Source of the DNA: Eledone cirrhosa | Lineage: Eukaryota | Direction: 5' to 3' | Assembly (NCBI GenBank): GCA_964016885.1 | Contig: OZ024745.1 | Location: forward strand, 78,864,001 to 78,928,000 | DNA: 64,000 nt | In this document: positions 1 through 12,800 of the stretch, piece after piece | Position numbering within the stretch: position 1 is the stretch's first letter | Layout: each line of letters starts with the position of its first letter | Position numbers and translations under genes: made by a program | The notes under the pieces: generated by a model | Told to the model about the DNA's origin: nothing | Database searches by the model: none | What the model saw: the letters and a program-made list of their open reading frames with translations, nothing else

Positions 1-764
1 TCAGGGAGCTACTACCACTGCTAGCTACATAAGGTTTTTTTCTCAAAAATAAAAATAAAGGGTATATTGTATGATGCATGTATACAAACAGAAATACTGT
101 ATGGTAGTGAGACATGGGTACTGAGTGCAGAAACCCTACAAATATTGGATAGAAATGAAGCTTGCATGCTCCAATGGATGTGTAATATACATGATTTGTG
201 AAGCTTAAAAGAACTGAGAAACTGGGAATAAGAAGGGGCAGATGCAGTGTGCATATTCTGTGTTCAAATTTCCCCTACGTAAACGATTTCATCTTTCCAA
301 ATACTGGAATCAATATAATCAACTTTACCCTTGAAGACAGTACCCAATGACTGAATCCAACAAAAAATATATCATGTACCCAGAGATTGGTCCAATGATA
401 TTTTTAGAGGGTTTTCTATTTGAGACCTTCATTTTTTTTTAACAATGGCAGGAATTTGCCTGATTCCATTACAAAGTCCTTGTTTATTTTCTTAAACATA
501 TTTTTCTTTGATATCTTTCTTTTTTTAATAGATGCCATGCATATATTCATACATACTTGCATATGCATACATACAATCACACACAAAGTGCATAACACAA
601 CTGCACAATTTGACATAATATTTCTAATTACCAGGCTGAAAAATTTGTTTACATGATGCATTCCAAAGTATAACCAGTATGTTCTTGCATCAAAAAAGAA
701 ATACAACAATGCTGAAACTGTAACAATTGATTTTGGCAATATATTTGTTTCTTGTGCTACTTAC

Positions 765-892
765 CTCCAGAAAAAATAAACTAGCAAATTCATGATTGAA
801 TTCCAAAGTAGAGGCCTGCAGACATTTTTTGGCATCACTTAACCATCCAATGTATTGATTATTACCGTATGAAAGCAAACTGCTTGGTAACA
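765..892 (-). CDS. DDX58: RLR exon: Hel2i ([43 protein letters not shown])
   Basis: Phase 1-0; acceptor ttttttatttaaag, donor gtaagt. GxxQYxxW resembles RLR GTQxYEQW. Confidence 0.8.
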
Positions 893-3800
893 CTTTAAAT
901 AAAAAAGAGAAAATATATAAACAGAAAAAAGAAGAGTGAATGAATATGTTAAAAGAATTCTAAAACAAAGGAAAAGGAGGACATTTTTTTTATTTTAGAA
1001 AGAATGGGAGGTATATTACTGAATGTGAAAAAGAAAAATGAAATAATAAACCAAATAAAAGGTTTACTTATTTTATACACTCTCAAAAGCTGAAAATGAA
1101 ATTTAACATGAGCAGAATTTGAATCCCAAATAGGAAGACTTCAAATTTGATAAATTGCAAAGAACAAGTTCAACTATTTACTAATAATTTACAAGTGCAT
1201 AGAAGGGGCATCATGACTGACATTCTAACAGCAAGAATGGCCCCCAACTATTTCTTCCATGGGAAACATAAAGGATGTGTTGTCTATGTGAGGGTGTGTG
1301 CTTTAAAATATGTAACTTCAAGAGCTGTTCAATGATCCCTGGTGTTGGAAGCAAAATGCAACAACAAAGTTATATTTCAATCTTTTCTACATGTCAAACT
1401 TATTTGCTATAGTCTACTGCAGTTGGCAATAGACTGGAAGCATCCCCAGTATAAGCTGGAGAGTTGTGACACTGCTAATAAAGGTGCTGAACAAGAGGGA
1501 TATGATAAAAATCTTCAAACCTGTAATTCTATAGAACACAGAGCTGAAGGTTTTGGCAAAAGTGCTGCCCAAGAGGTTAGGATTCATCAAGGATGTACAG
1601 ATATGTGCAATCTCTGTAGGATCTATCCATGATAACCTTCACCTTATGAGATACATCATAGACTGGGTCAGAAGTAGACCCAACTTTGGCAGGGCACTGG
1701 CCAATTTAGATCAGTCAATGGCATTTGACATAGTTGACCATCTCTACCTGGAGGCTGTCCTAAGAGCAGCTGGTTTTAGTTGTTTTCAGAAACTGGATTG
1801 CTGTTTTACAGCAGCATTTGTTCATTGGTCAATATAAACAGCCTCTTATTGGAATCCTTCCACACTGAACACTCTGTCCATTAGGGATGAATGATACCTC
1901 TACCCTTACCTCTATGTGTTGACCTTGGAGCCTCTGATGCAGAGAATAGAAATCTTGGAAGGAATTCCACTTATACTCAGTTGCAGGAAAGCCATATCTG
2001 TGTATGTAGATGATGTCACTGTCATGGTGGTTGACACTTAAGATATAGAGGCAGTTTGCACCATACTGGATGAATACCAGCAGGTAACTATAGCTTGCAT
2101 TAACTGAACAAGTCAATAGGCTTACAACTCAGCATGCGGAGAAGCAGGCCCCTGCCAGTCAGTGGAAATTTCTGCTACTGGACTGACAGCATGGTTGGAG
2201 TCTGGTTTGGACAAGATCTCCAGGTAGACAAGAACTGGGAGGAAGTTATGAAGAAAGACAACAAAAGCAAAGCCCAACTAGTGTTGATGCCTTTCGTGTG
2301 ACATGTTTGTCTGAACCTCATTTCCTTGACCAAGCTACAATCCTGGGTTAAGCACAGACCAAGGTTGGGTACCTAGCATCTAGAATACTGCCAAGTGTTT
2401 ACAGCACTTTACAAACTAAACAATGCAATAATCATCCAGAAAACAACTGCATTCTATAAAGAGGGTAGGTGGAAGATTTAAATGACGATGGCCTGGGAGT
2501 GGCTTTGAGCATTGATGAGGATAGTTTGAACAGGCTCTTCTGGAGGACTTTCAGGTTGGGGATTATGGACAATTTCCAAAATTCCTTGGCATAGCAGTGC
2601 TACAGGGGGGCCCTACCAGTTTGAGACAAGCTCTACAAGCATGGAAGTGCCAACAGTTAAACCTGTCTGAGATGCATGGAGGATGATGAAACCATCCTGT
2701 ATGTTATTGCCCAATGCCTGCACATTACAGACAAGTGGGCTTGTGTTGAACAACTGCTATCATGTGTAGAACAGATCCACCTATCAGCCACGCCTATAGT
2801 GACAATTGAACTACCACCTCATCAATTTCTTCAAGTTCCAATTAAAGAAATTGATGAGGTGGTAGTTCAATTGTCACTATAGGCGTGGCTGATAGGTGGA
2901 TCTGTTCTACACATGATAGCAGTTGTTCAACATAAAGAACAGGGTGAAGGTAGAGAAGGTACATAAAGAACAGGGTGAAGGTAGAGAAGGAAGTGCTGCT
3001 TTCTATTGTGTTGGAAGAGTGGCATAATTGATGAAGCTGAACTAACAATGTTTTTCTTAGCAAGTGAAAAGAAACCAGGAGGCAGGAGAGGGCACTTTTA
3101 ATACCTGTGAGGTGATAGAGTAATTCAGGGTTTTGTGTGGAGATTCTCTCTAGAATTATCCTAAAGTGCAGTCACCTAATATTGGAGAATTGGTCCTAGT
3201 TGAAAGTTGTTATTGCATTCTACTGTTATCACTAATATATAAAAAATTTCTGTTATTGTTATATCTACTGTTTTCACTTCAGTGATGTCACCTTTACTTT
3301 ACTGTGTTGTTTTATCCTTGTACTGTCCCCAATGTCTTGAGCCCTGGTGGCCATTAAAAGAAACCATTAATATTGCTTGCTGAGGTTAGCTTTGCCTTTC
3401 ATCCTTACAGGGGTCGACAAAATAAAGCACTGGGGTCAATTTATTCAACTTTCCCCTGCCCCAAATTGCTGGCCTTGTGCCAAATGTAGAAACAATTATT
3501 ATCATTATTGTTATTGTTATTATTATTATTATTATTTTTGGTCTGATCGGACGTCTTTTTGCTCGCTCTCGTAAATCTCTTTATTTACCTGTCATAATTA
3601 TTTATTGTTAAATTTTTCTTGTTGTGTAAGGGATATAAGCCCTTGGACTTTGCCCTGTGAAGGGGAAAGTATAATATTTGGGCCTTTTGGCTTAAATATT
3701 TAACTTTTTACATTTAAAAAATTATCAAAAAAAAAAACATGGCTGAGCCACGCCCACCAGCGATATGTCTGCTGTTGTGTGACAATGATGTAAAAGTTGA

Positions 3801-6800
3801 GAGGAGGATTACGGCGAACACAGAAATTGATACAACAAACACCACCACAAACAACGTGAACAAAAACAGCAATGACAACAACACTGAGAACACTAATTTT
3901 GAAAAAAATGACCACACCAACCACAACAGGAACAGCAACAACCAAAATACAGACAACAGAAAAAATGACAACAAATGCAACCACGATATTAACACCACTA
4001 ACATGAAAACAAATAGCGACAACACCAACAGCATCAATACAAATTGCACAGAGAACAACAACAACGGCAGAACCAAAGACACAAGCAACTGCAACAGTGA
4101 CAACAGCAACAACACCAACAACACATTAGTAGCAACAGCAACAGCACAAACAACAAGACCAGTAGCAGCAGTTGTGGTGGCAATAATGATGCCACTGAAA
4201 AAGGGACCATCTCTTTTGCAAAAGTGGCTCGCAACATAGAAATAGTCCTGGTCAGAGAGGAGGAGAGGCGGTCACAAGACACATGGTAACCAGAAATGAA
4301 TTTTTGGTGTCCTTGAAACCACCAACCAGCTTCCTGGAGGAACAAGAGTGACGCACAGTGTCAAACCACAAAATCACGTCGTGTGGAGAGAACCTCGGAG
4401 GCCCCAATCCAGAAGGCCCTGAGAACTGTGTGGACACGGAAAACCCACATCACCTGAGGCAAGAAATATGCTACCGTGGATGTCCTTTTTGCTACCACCC
4501 AGGAAGCAAAATCGCACTCACTGAGGACCCTATGAAGTGATGACATAACATTAGTCCTGTTTTACTGCGGGGAAAAAATTGCAAAGGTCAGGGTAACCCA
4601 GGTTCCACTCTACGTACCCATGCCTTGGCTGGTCGTGTCTGTTCTTGCGGGCATCGAGGATAGAACAACCATTCTGCAGGTACAGAAGTTGGGGAGAGAG
4701 GACTGGTCCAGTATTGGAATGGAGATGCTCATCCAAACCAACCAGGACTGCATCAGCACTATTCCCAATGTGGAATGGCTCCCAACTTCCCATATCTGTG
4801 GAAGGAAGGTGCCCAAAGTGCTTCAACTGTGGATCAAAGTCTCACCTCAGGGCCTTCTGCCCAGAGAAAATAACAAAGGTGAAGGTCCCCCTCCTTCCAA
4901 CACCGGAACTGCTGCCATCAGAAACAGAGCAGTCAGCAAAAAAGTCAGGAGCTTCTACAGAAAGTAGGAAGACAACATCCGTGGCACCCACACCAAAGCC
5001 ACGGACAACAAAACAGTGGCGGCTGCAGCAACATAAACAGTTTCACTAGCTGCACCTGTGCCAAGAACGGCAGACCAGGCTCCACCACCATCAACAACAA
5101 CAACAAAGACAAATGAGAGGGTAAAACTCATACCTCTCACCGGTCTCTCACAGTCAGACATGGAGTATGAGGCAGCTGAGGAGTGGAAAACGGTTGTCAA
5201 CAAAAAAAAAAAACGCAAAAACACCACAGCTCCTCCCTCCAAAAGCAAAAGCAAAGAAAGAGGGGTAATGGCTGCAAGGAGACTTGCAGCAACACTATCA
5301 ACATCACAACCACAAGCATCACCACCAACAACAACCACACCACCACCAGCATCACAACAAACAGCAGCATCGCAAACACAACAAAGCACACACACCCAAC
5401 AGCAACAACAAGAAAACAGCAACCCCCCCCCAGCACACCAATATTTCAGACTTAAATTACCACTGCCCACCAACACCAAGAACATTACCTAAAAACATTA
5501 CAATTGTCGAAATTAAACTGGAAGCCTATAAACAATTAAAGCAAAAATTCCCCAACTGCGTTGAGGATTTCAGAGGGTCACTCTCCAAGAGAATCTATAC
5601 AGATATCATCTTGGAGACACCCATGACCTGCCGAAAGGACGGTTCTACTTCCCTTCCCCACATGATCAAGGTAAGTGATCCTTTCTCACTTACCCCATTT
5701 CCTCATCCAGCATGGCCATACTTAGAATAGGCAGTATAAATGTACGTGGCCTGGAGTCATTTTGGAAGCAGGGTCACCTGCTCAACGACCTCAGGTCACT
5801 AAACATAGATGTGGTGGCCATCGGCGAGACCAGAATCTCTGAAGCACAAGCCTTCACACCAATCTTCGGCGGCTACAATGTATACACATCTCCCAGTTGT
5901 CCGGGATCGGTGGGGAGGAGTTGCTGTGCTTTTTTGGAGAGGCTTGGTTCTTGCCATACAGGCCATCTTCCTGGACCCAGAAGGTAAGTCGGTGGGGCTG
6001 GACGTGACCGGCAGCGAAGGCAATCTTTCAGACTAGTAGCCATCTACACCCCAGCAGGGGCAGGACAGCCAGATTTCTTCAGATGTCTAGAAACCTTTCT
6101 TGGAACGTCCCGCTCTTTAGTGTTAGTGGGCGACTGGAACAGTATCTTAGATGCACGCTGGTATTATGTGGGGTTAGTAGACAGGGGAGGAGGGTGTAAA
6201 ATCCTCAAGAACCTGCTCAGACATTTTGAACTATCTGACAGGTATAGACTGGATTATCAGAATGTGCCAATATGGACATGGGCAAACTGCATTGGGTCAT
6301 CCAGATCAAATTTAGATAAGGTATTCTGTAGGAAAACAGATAAGGCTAGTGTAGGTTGTCCACAATTTAAAGTAGTCAACTACACGGACCACAAAATTTG
6401 TGATCTGTAAAGTTGACGTAGATAGACTCTATAGGCAAGGGCCCGGTTACTGAAAGCTGAATGTGTCGTTCCCAGCACGCAAAGCTTACAGAGACCGGAT
6501 TAGCAAACGAGTTAAGCGTGTGTTGACGGGTGCGATCGTCAACAACAGGTGGTGGTTTACCCTGACAAGGGCTATTAGAGTAGAATCGATAAGGTTTAAC
6601 AAAGGAGTAGTGATAGAGGAAAATAGAGTAGAGGGAGAGCTAGTTAGAAAGCTAGAAGAGGCGTTTAGGACAGGCATTGCAACTGTCGTGCTTGCGGCGA
6701 GATTGGCACTCGACCAATTCTTCAAGGCTGCATTGTCAGAGCTAGAGCATGTGCTCTGAGACATGAGGGGACGAAAGCCATTCAATGGGCCCGGGTAGTA

Positions 6801-9800
6801 GAGGTGCGACATGGCAACAAGTCCACAATTCAGACTTTTCCTGATCAAAACGGGCGCATGTTGCTCGAACCCGAGCAGATGTTTCAACACCACTTTGCTC
6901 AATTGTTCAGGAACGGCGACGGGCCGGATCGAAGTATGGACTTCGGTGCATACCTCGACGGACTGCCGCGGCTCTCGACGACCGCAACACAGTGCTGCGA
7001 AATGCCATAACAGCAGGTGAAATACGGGAAGCGATGTCTGATTGCAAGAGGGGTAAATCACCAGGTTTGGATGGTCTACACTACGAGCTTTATGTGTACA
7101 TGCCAGAGTTGTTCGGCGACCTCTTGGCAGACGTCTACTGCAACTGGCAGCAGAACGGGAGCATTCCCAGTTTTGTGAGCCGGGGAGCGATGCCACTGCT
7201 GAGAAAAGACCCAAACAAGGGAGACGTTATAGACAACTTCAGGCCCATAACTCTGCTATACGCAGAGTTCAAGATTTTGGCCAAGGTGTTAGCAAAGAGA
7301 TTGGCACTTGTCGTCGATGATCTGGTGGGAGAGGTGCAGACATGCACCATTCCAGACATATCCATCCACAACAACCTCCATCTCATGCGATACATCATAG
7401 ACAGGGTGGTTAAGGAACCTGGCACGGGTGAGGCCCTGATCAACTTGGATCAATCTAAAGCATTTGATAGGGTCGACCATCAGTACCTGATGGCGGTCCT
7501 CGAGGCGGCTGGCTTTGGGCCCGTTTTTAGGGGCTAGATCGCTGCGATGCACAATGTTATCTGCTCGATTGTGAGGGTGAATGGTCACCTGTCGCAGCTG
7601 TTCAGCATCATGCGCTCAGTCTGTCAGGGTTGTCTCCTCTCATCCCTCTTGTACGTACTGGCCCTCGAGCCATTACTGCAGAAATTGGAAACCATGAGAG
7701 GGTCCCTCACAAACTGGGATGTGGGAGATCCGTGTCGGTTTACGTCGACAACGTCAACGTGGTGGTGTTGAGCACCAAACCACATCCAGATGCTCGGCAC
7801 CGCTCTCAAGGAATACGAAGCGGTGACAGGAGCAAAGATAGTGAGGGACAGACAGTACAGCATCATTTCGGTGTTGTTTAAGTCAGAAGCCCTCGCTATT
7901 AAACACACAATGACTCCTTGCAAAACCAGCAAGGTCATTATGTACCCTTCCCACATGGGAAAAAGAACAGCTCGTGTCCGCATTCCTGGGATTCCCCCAG
8001 CACCAGACATATGGTGGCTCCTGGGATGCGTGATCGTGGAGGGGATGGATACCATCCCAATTGAGGTTACAAGGACTGCAACGGAGGACTGTTCTGGAGT
8101 TGACCTGGAGATACTTCTCCAGATTTGGCCCAAAGATGCAAAAAAAATCACAGACCACATCCACCTCCAGAACGAGATGGTATTACACATAATGACTGAG
8201 GGCAAAAGGTCACATTGTTTCGTCTGTGGGGAAACAACAACAAAAAAAAGAGCAATGGTGGAAAAGGAGAATCCAGGTCAGTATAGACATCCTCTTGAAG
8301 GATATTTCTGTCTTAGTCCAAAAAGAGAAGGAGGAGCTTAAAAATGAAAAAAATACATAGCACTGGAAAGAAAGTATGGTATTGAAAGAAAATGCCTGAA
8401 ATTAATAATGGAGGCCTCAAGTAACATCTCATAGCAAAAAATGCAAAGATAATTAGATACGAACAAAGAATAAAGCAATATCATCAAAATAGACTATTCA
8501 GAGTAGACAAAAAGAGATTGTACCGAGAAATAAATGGAGAATGTACAGTTGAAGTGATTATTTTGGAGCAACATTTGGAGCAAAGAGGAGCACAAGAAGG
8601 ACGCTGAATGGTTAGAAGAACTTAAACAAACAACAGTTTACCTACAACAAGCAGAACTAGTCATTTCAGCTAGGGACAGAAAAAAGATGAGCAACTGGAA
8701 GTATCTGGGACTAGATGGAGTTCAAGACTACTGGATCAAAAGATTTAGTCAATGCATAAACAAATAACTGAACAACTCAACACATTGCTAAATGTTGATC
8801 AGGTGATACCGGAGTGGCTGACAAAGGGCAGGACAGTTTTTTGCTTAAAAGATATCACTAAGGAGAATACAGTATACAACTACAGACCTATAACATGCCT
8901 ACCACATATGTGGAATTATTGTCTGAAATAATCGCAGAATTAATGTACGGGCATCTTGAAGAAAATAGAGTTCTACCAGATGAGAAAAAAGGGTGCAAGC
9001 TTAAGTGAAGAGGTAAAAAGGACCAGCTTTTGATAGATAAAACAATACTTAAGGGTAGCAAGAGGAGGAAAACCAGCTTGACCATGGCATGGATTGATTA
9101 CCACAAAGCCTATGACATGATTCCACACTCTTGGATTATGGAATGTGTTAACTTATTTGGTATTGCATCAAATGTTGAGCAATTCTTATGGAAAAGTATG
9201 AAAGAGTGGAAGACTGAAGTGATAACATATGGAAGAGATTTAGGAACAATAAAAATCAAGAGAGGTATATTCCAAGGGGACTTCCTGTCACCACTGATGT
9301 TTGTACTATGCATGATACCACTGACAATGATTTTGAGAAATGCTAAGGCTAGGTATGAATTCAAAAGTCACCAGCAAAATATCAACCACTTATTATTCAT
9401 GGATGACCTCAAGCTTTACGGTAAAAATGAATCCCAGCTTGGTTCCCTCATTGATACTGTGTATACATTTAGTGCTGACATCAGAATGGAGTTTGGATTA
9501 AAAAAGTGAGGTGTGTTAATCTTGAACAGAGGCAAAATTAAAAGCATTGAGGGGCTGGTGCTGCCATTAAGAAAGGTTATGAAGTAAATAGAAGAGGGAG
9601 GTTATAAATACTTAGGGATATAGAAAGCTGATAGGATAATGCAGGAAGAAATGACAGAAATGTTATGGTGGCATACATGCGCAGACTGAGACTTATTCTC
9701 AAGTTGAAACTGAATGGACGGAATAAGATGGAAGCTATCAATACATGGGTGGTATCACTGCTTACATATGGGACAGGGTGATCATGGGGACAGTGGAAGA

Positions 9801-12800
9801 GCTAAAGAGTTTAGACCAAAAAGACAAAAGAAAGATATTGACTAGATATGGAGTATTTCACCCAAAGTGCAGCACAGACAGATTATATGATCCAAGAAAA
9901 AAGAGGAAGAAAGGACAGATGGGATGTGAAGACAGCATTAGAACAGAAGAAAATAACATGGTGTGGTACATAAAAAATTCTATTTGAAGATGGATGAAAC
10001 TGAAAGTAGACAGACAGAAAAAAGTATGTATGGACAATTCCATAGAGATTTTGAGGATAGGACAGACAGAGAAAAAGGGTGGTTATGGATGGAAACAGAA
10101 GCCTTAATTTGTACTGCTCAAAAACAAACACTAAGAGCTAAATACATCAAGCATAGAGTAGACCACACACCAGAAAGTGATAAGTGTAGAATTTGTGGCA
10201 TGAATGGAGAAAATGTATAGCTTATTACCAGCCAATGCACACAACTAGCTCCGAAAGAATATAAGAGACGTCACAACATACCAAGGATAGTCCATTGGGC
10301 ACTTTGTGGCAAATATGCACTTGACAGAGCAGAAAAGTGGGACAAATATAACCTTGATGATGCAAAGATCCTGTGGGACTTTGTGATATAGTGTGGCCAT
10401 AAGCATAGGAGACCAGATATTGTATTATTTGAGGAAGAAATCAAACAGTGTTGGATCATAGATATAGCCTATCCAGCTGATAACAAGGTTTGTAATAAAG
10501 AAGGGAAAAAAATTGATAGATATGACAGGTTAGCTTGGTGGGATTGAGCAGTTGTGGTCACTGAAAAAGTTGGTGGTAATACCAATAATAGTTGGAGTTT
10601 TGTGAACAGTGAGTAGAGATCTTGAGAAGTATATTAAACAAATAGGGATTGCAATATGGATGGAACACTTGCTTGGAACAGCTTGAATACTCCAGAGGGT
10701 ACTAAAAAAATAAGTGATATTACCTCAGTTCACTGGTCATTATAACTAACACTATAATACTTCTCCAGCATTAGATGCTGAGTGAAGGAACAATAATAAT
10801 AATAATAACGATAACTAGCTGGACCTGTAAAAAAATTCACGGATAATCCCCTCTCTCTAAATATATTAAACCCCCCACTCTCTATATTATAAACCCCTCT
10901 CTCTAAATATATTATAACCCCCCTTTCTCTATATTATAACCCTTTCTCTAAATATATTAAAACCCCCCTCTCTATATATTATAACACCCCTCTCTCTATA
11001 TATTTAACCCCTCTCTCTATATATATTTTAACCCTCCTTTCTCTATATTATGACCCCCTCTCTCTATATTATAACCCCCTTCTCTCTATATATTATAAAC
11101 CCCTCTCTTTAAATATATTATAACCCCTCTCTCTATATATATTATAACCTCCTCTCTCTCTATATATATATAATAGCCCATCCCTTTCTCTATATTATAA
11201 CCCCCTCTCTCTAAATATATTATAACCCCCTCTCTCTCTCTCTCCTTTCCAAACGCTCTTTGATTTTCTTTCACCGTAGATTTTCGTAGATTATTTACCC
11301 CCCCACTTCCATTGTTTTAGCACGTCTCACGGACGTCATTCGACTTTTATTTATATTACTGAAAGCGTGACGTACGGTACGTAGGTATTAGTGTATTAAT
11401 ATATAGATGATTTCTTAACTAACCACAAAGGTTTTACAAAATAAATACCTTAAGGACATCACAGGAGAGTGCAATGTGGGTTTCTGCATGTAAAAAAAAC
11501 GAAAACAATAACAAAACAATTTTAATTAAAGCAAAATAAAAAATTCCCCAACAGGGAGGGGGGGGGGGGGGGGGCACTAAGGGTTACTCGTGGAGTAAGC
11601 CCGCAAAAAGCCCTAACCGCTAGGGCAACAATAACAATAATAATCCCATAATAATCCCATAAGCAAAGCTAATCCTGCCAAGGTTAGCTTTGCTTTTTAT
11701 CCTTATGGATTGACAAAAATAAATTACTGGTATTTTATTTTTGTGCCCCCCCTCCCCCCCCCCCCCCCCCCCTCCCTGTTGGGGAATTTTTTATTTTGCT
11801 TCAATTAAAATTGTTTTGTTATTGTTTTCGTTTTTTTTACATGCAGGTCAATTTAATAAACTTTCTCTTCATTTTCATCTACATAGGCCAAGTAATGATA
11901 GTGAAGAATAATTTTCATGACTAATTTCCTAAAATTAGGTAATTTGTCACTCATCCCTTCCATACTTTTGCAGCAGCAAGTCATCATCATCATCATCATC
12001 ATCATCATCGTTTAACGTCTATCTTCCACGCTAGCATGGGTTTAGACGGGAATTGTCCCACATGAGGTAAGATTGGTTGTCTTGCTCGTATAGGACTCTC
12101 TGGTGGGTTTTCTACGGCTGGATGCCCTTCCTAACACCAACCACATTTACAGTGTGGACCGGGAGGTTTTTACCATGTTACCTACACGGCCACATTACAA
12201 CGTGGACTGTGTGTTTTTTTTTTTGTCATGACACCTACACGACCTCATTTATTTAGGACTGGATGTTGTGGCACCAACATAACTTTAGGTGTAGATGGGG
12301 GTGGGAGTAAGGGTAGTAGGGTGGGGGGGGGGGGGGGGGGGGGGTTAGGAGGAGCCTACACTGTAGGTTTCGTTTTGTACTTAGGCAAAGCGGGTCTTCT
12401 GTATTACTGCGTAGCGCCAAAGATCTCGATCCAGTGACATTGTCTTGGAGAGGTGTAAGTGTGTAAGGTCGGAATTTATCAAATCGTCCCAGGTTTTTCT
12501 GGGTCTGCCTACTCCGTAGCCTCCGTCTATTTTAATCGCCCTGCACTTTTTTATACAGCTGTCGTCTTTCATGCGCATCATGTGACCATACCAACGTAGT
12601 CTTCTCTCGAGTAAACAGCATCTGATCCCTCTTATTCCTAATTTCTCACTTAGTTCATTTATGCTTTGCCGTTCACGTATATTACTATTACACATCCAAC
12701 GGAGCATGCAAGCTTCGTTCATCTCCAGTCTGCGCAGATCCTCTGCAGACAATGCCCATGCCTCACTGCCATGTAACATTGCTGTTCATATGCAGGCATC

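Noticed and set aside
416-739. Minus-strand ORF as the next RLR Hel2i exon
   Set aside because: Too close to the donor at 764, no convincing splice sites, no clear YNxAL or ENPKL motif, and it runs through a microsatellite-like tract.
3739-4239. 166-aa Asn/Thr-rich ORF and its antisense ORFs
   Set aside because: Produced by degenerate (AAC)n low-complexity sequence at the 5' side of a LINE; no domain signal.
4170-7845. Intact, active LINE
   Set aside because: Multiple frameshifts and stops, and the 3' part of RT is missing.
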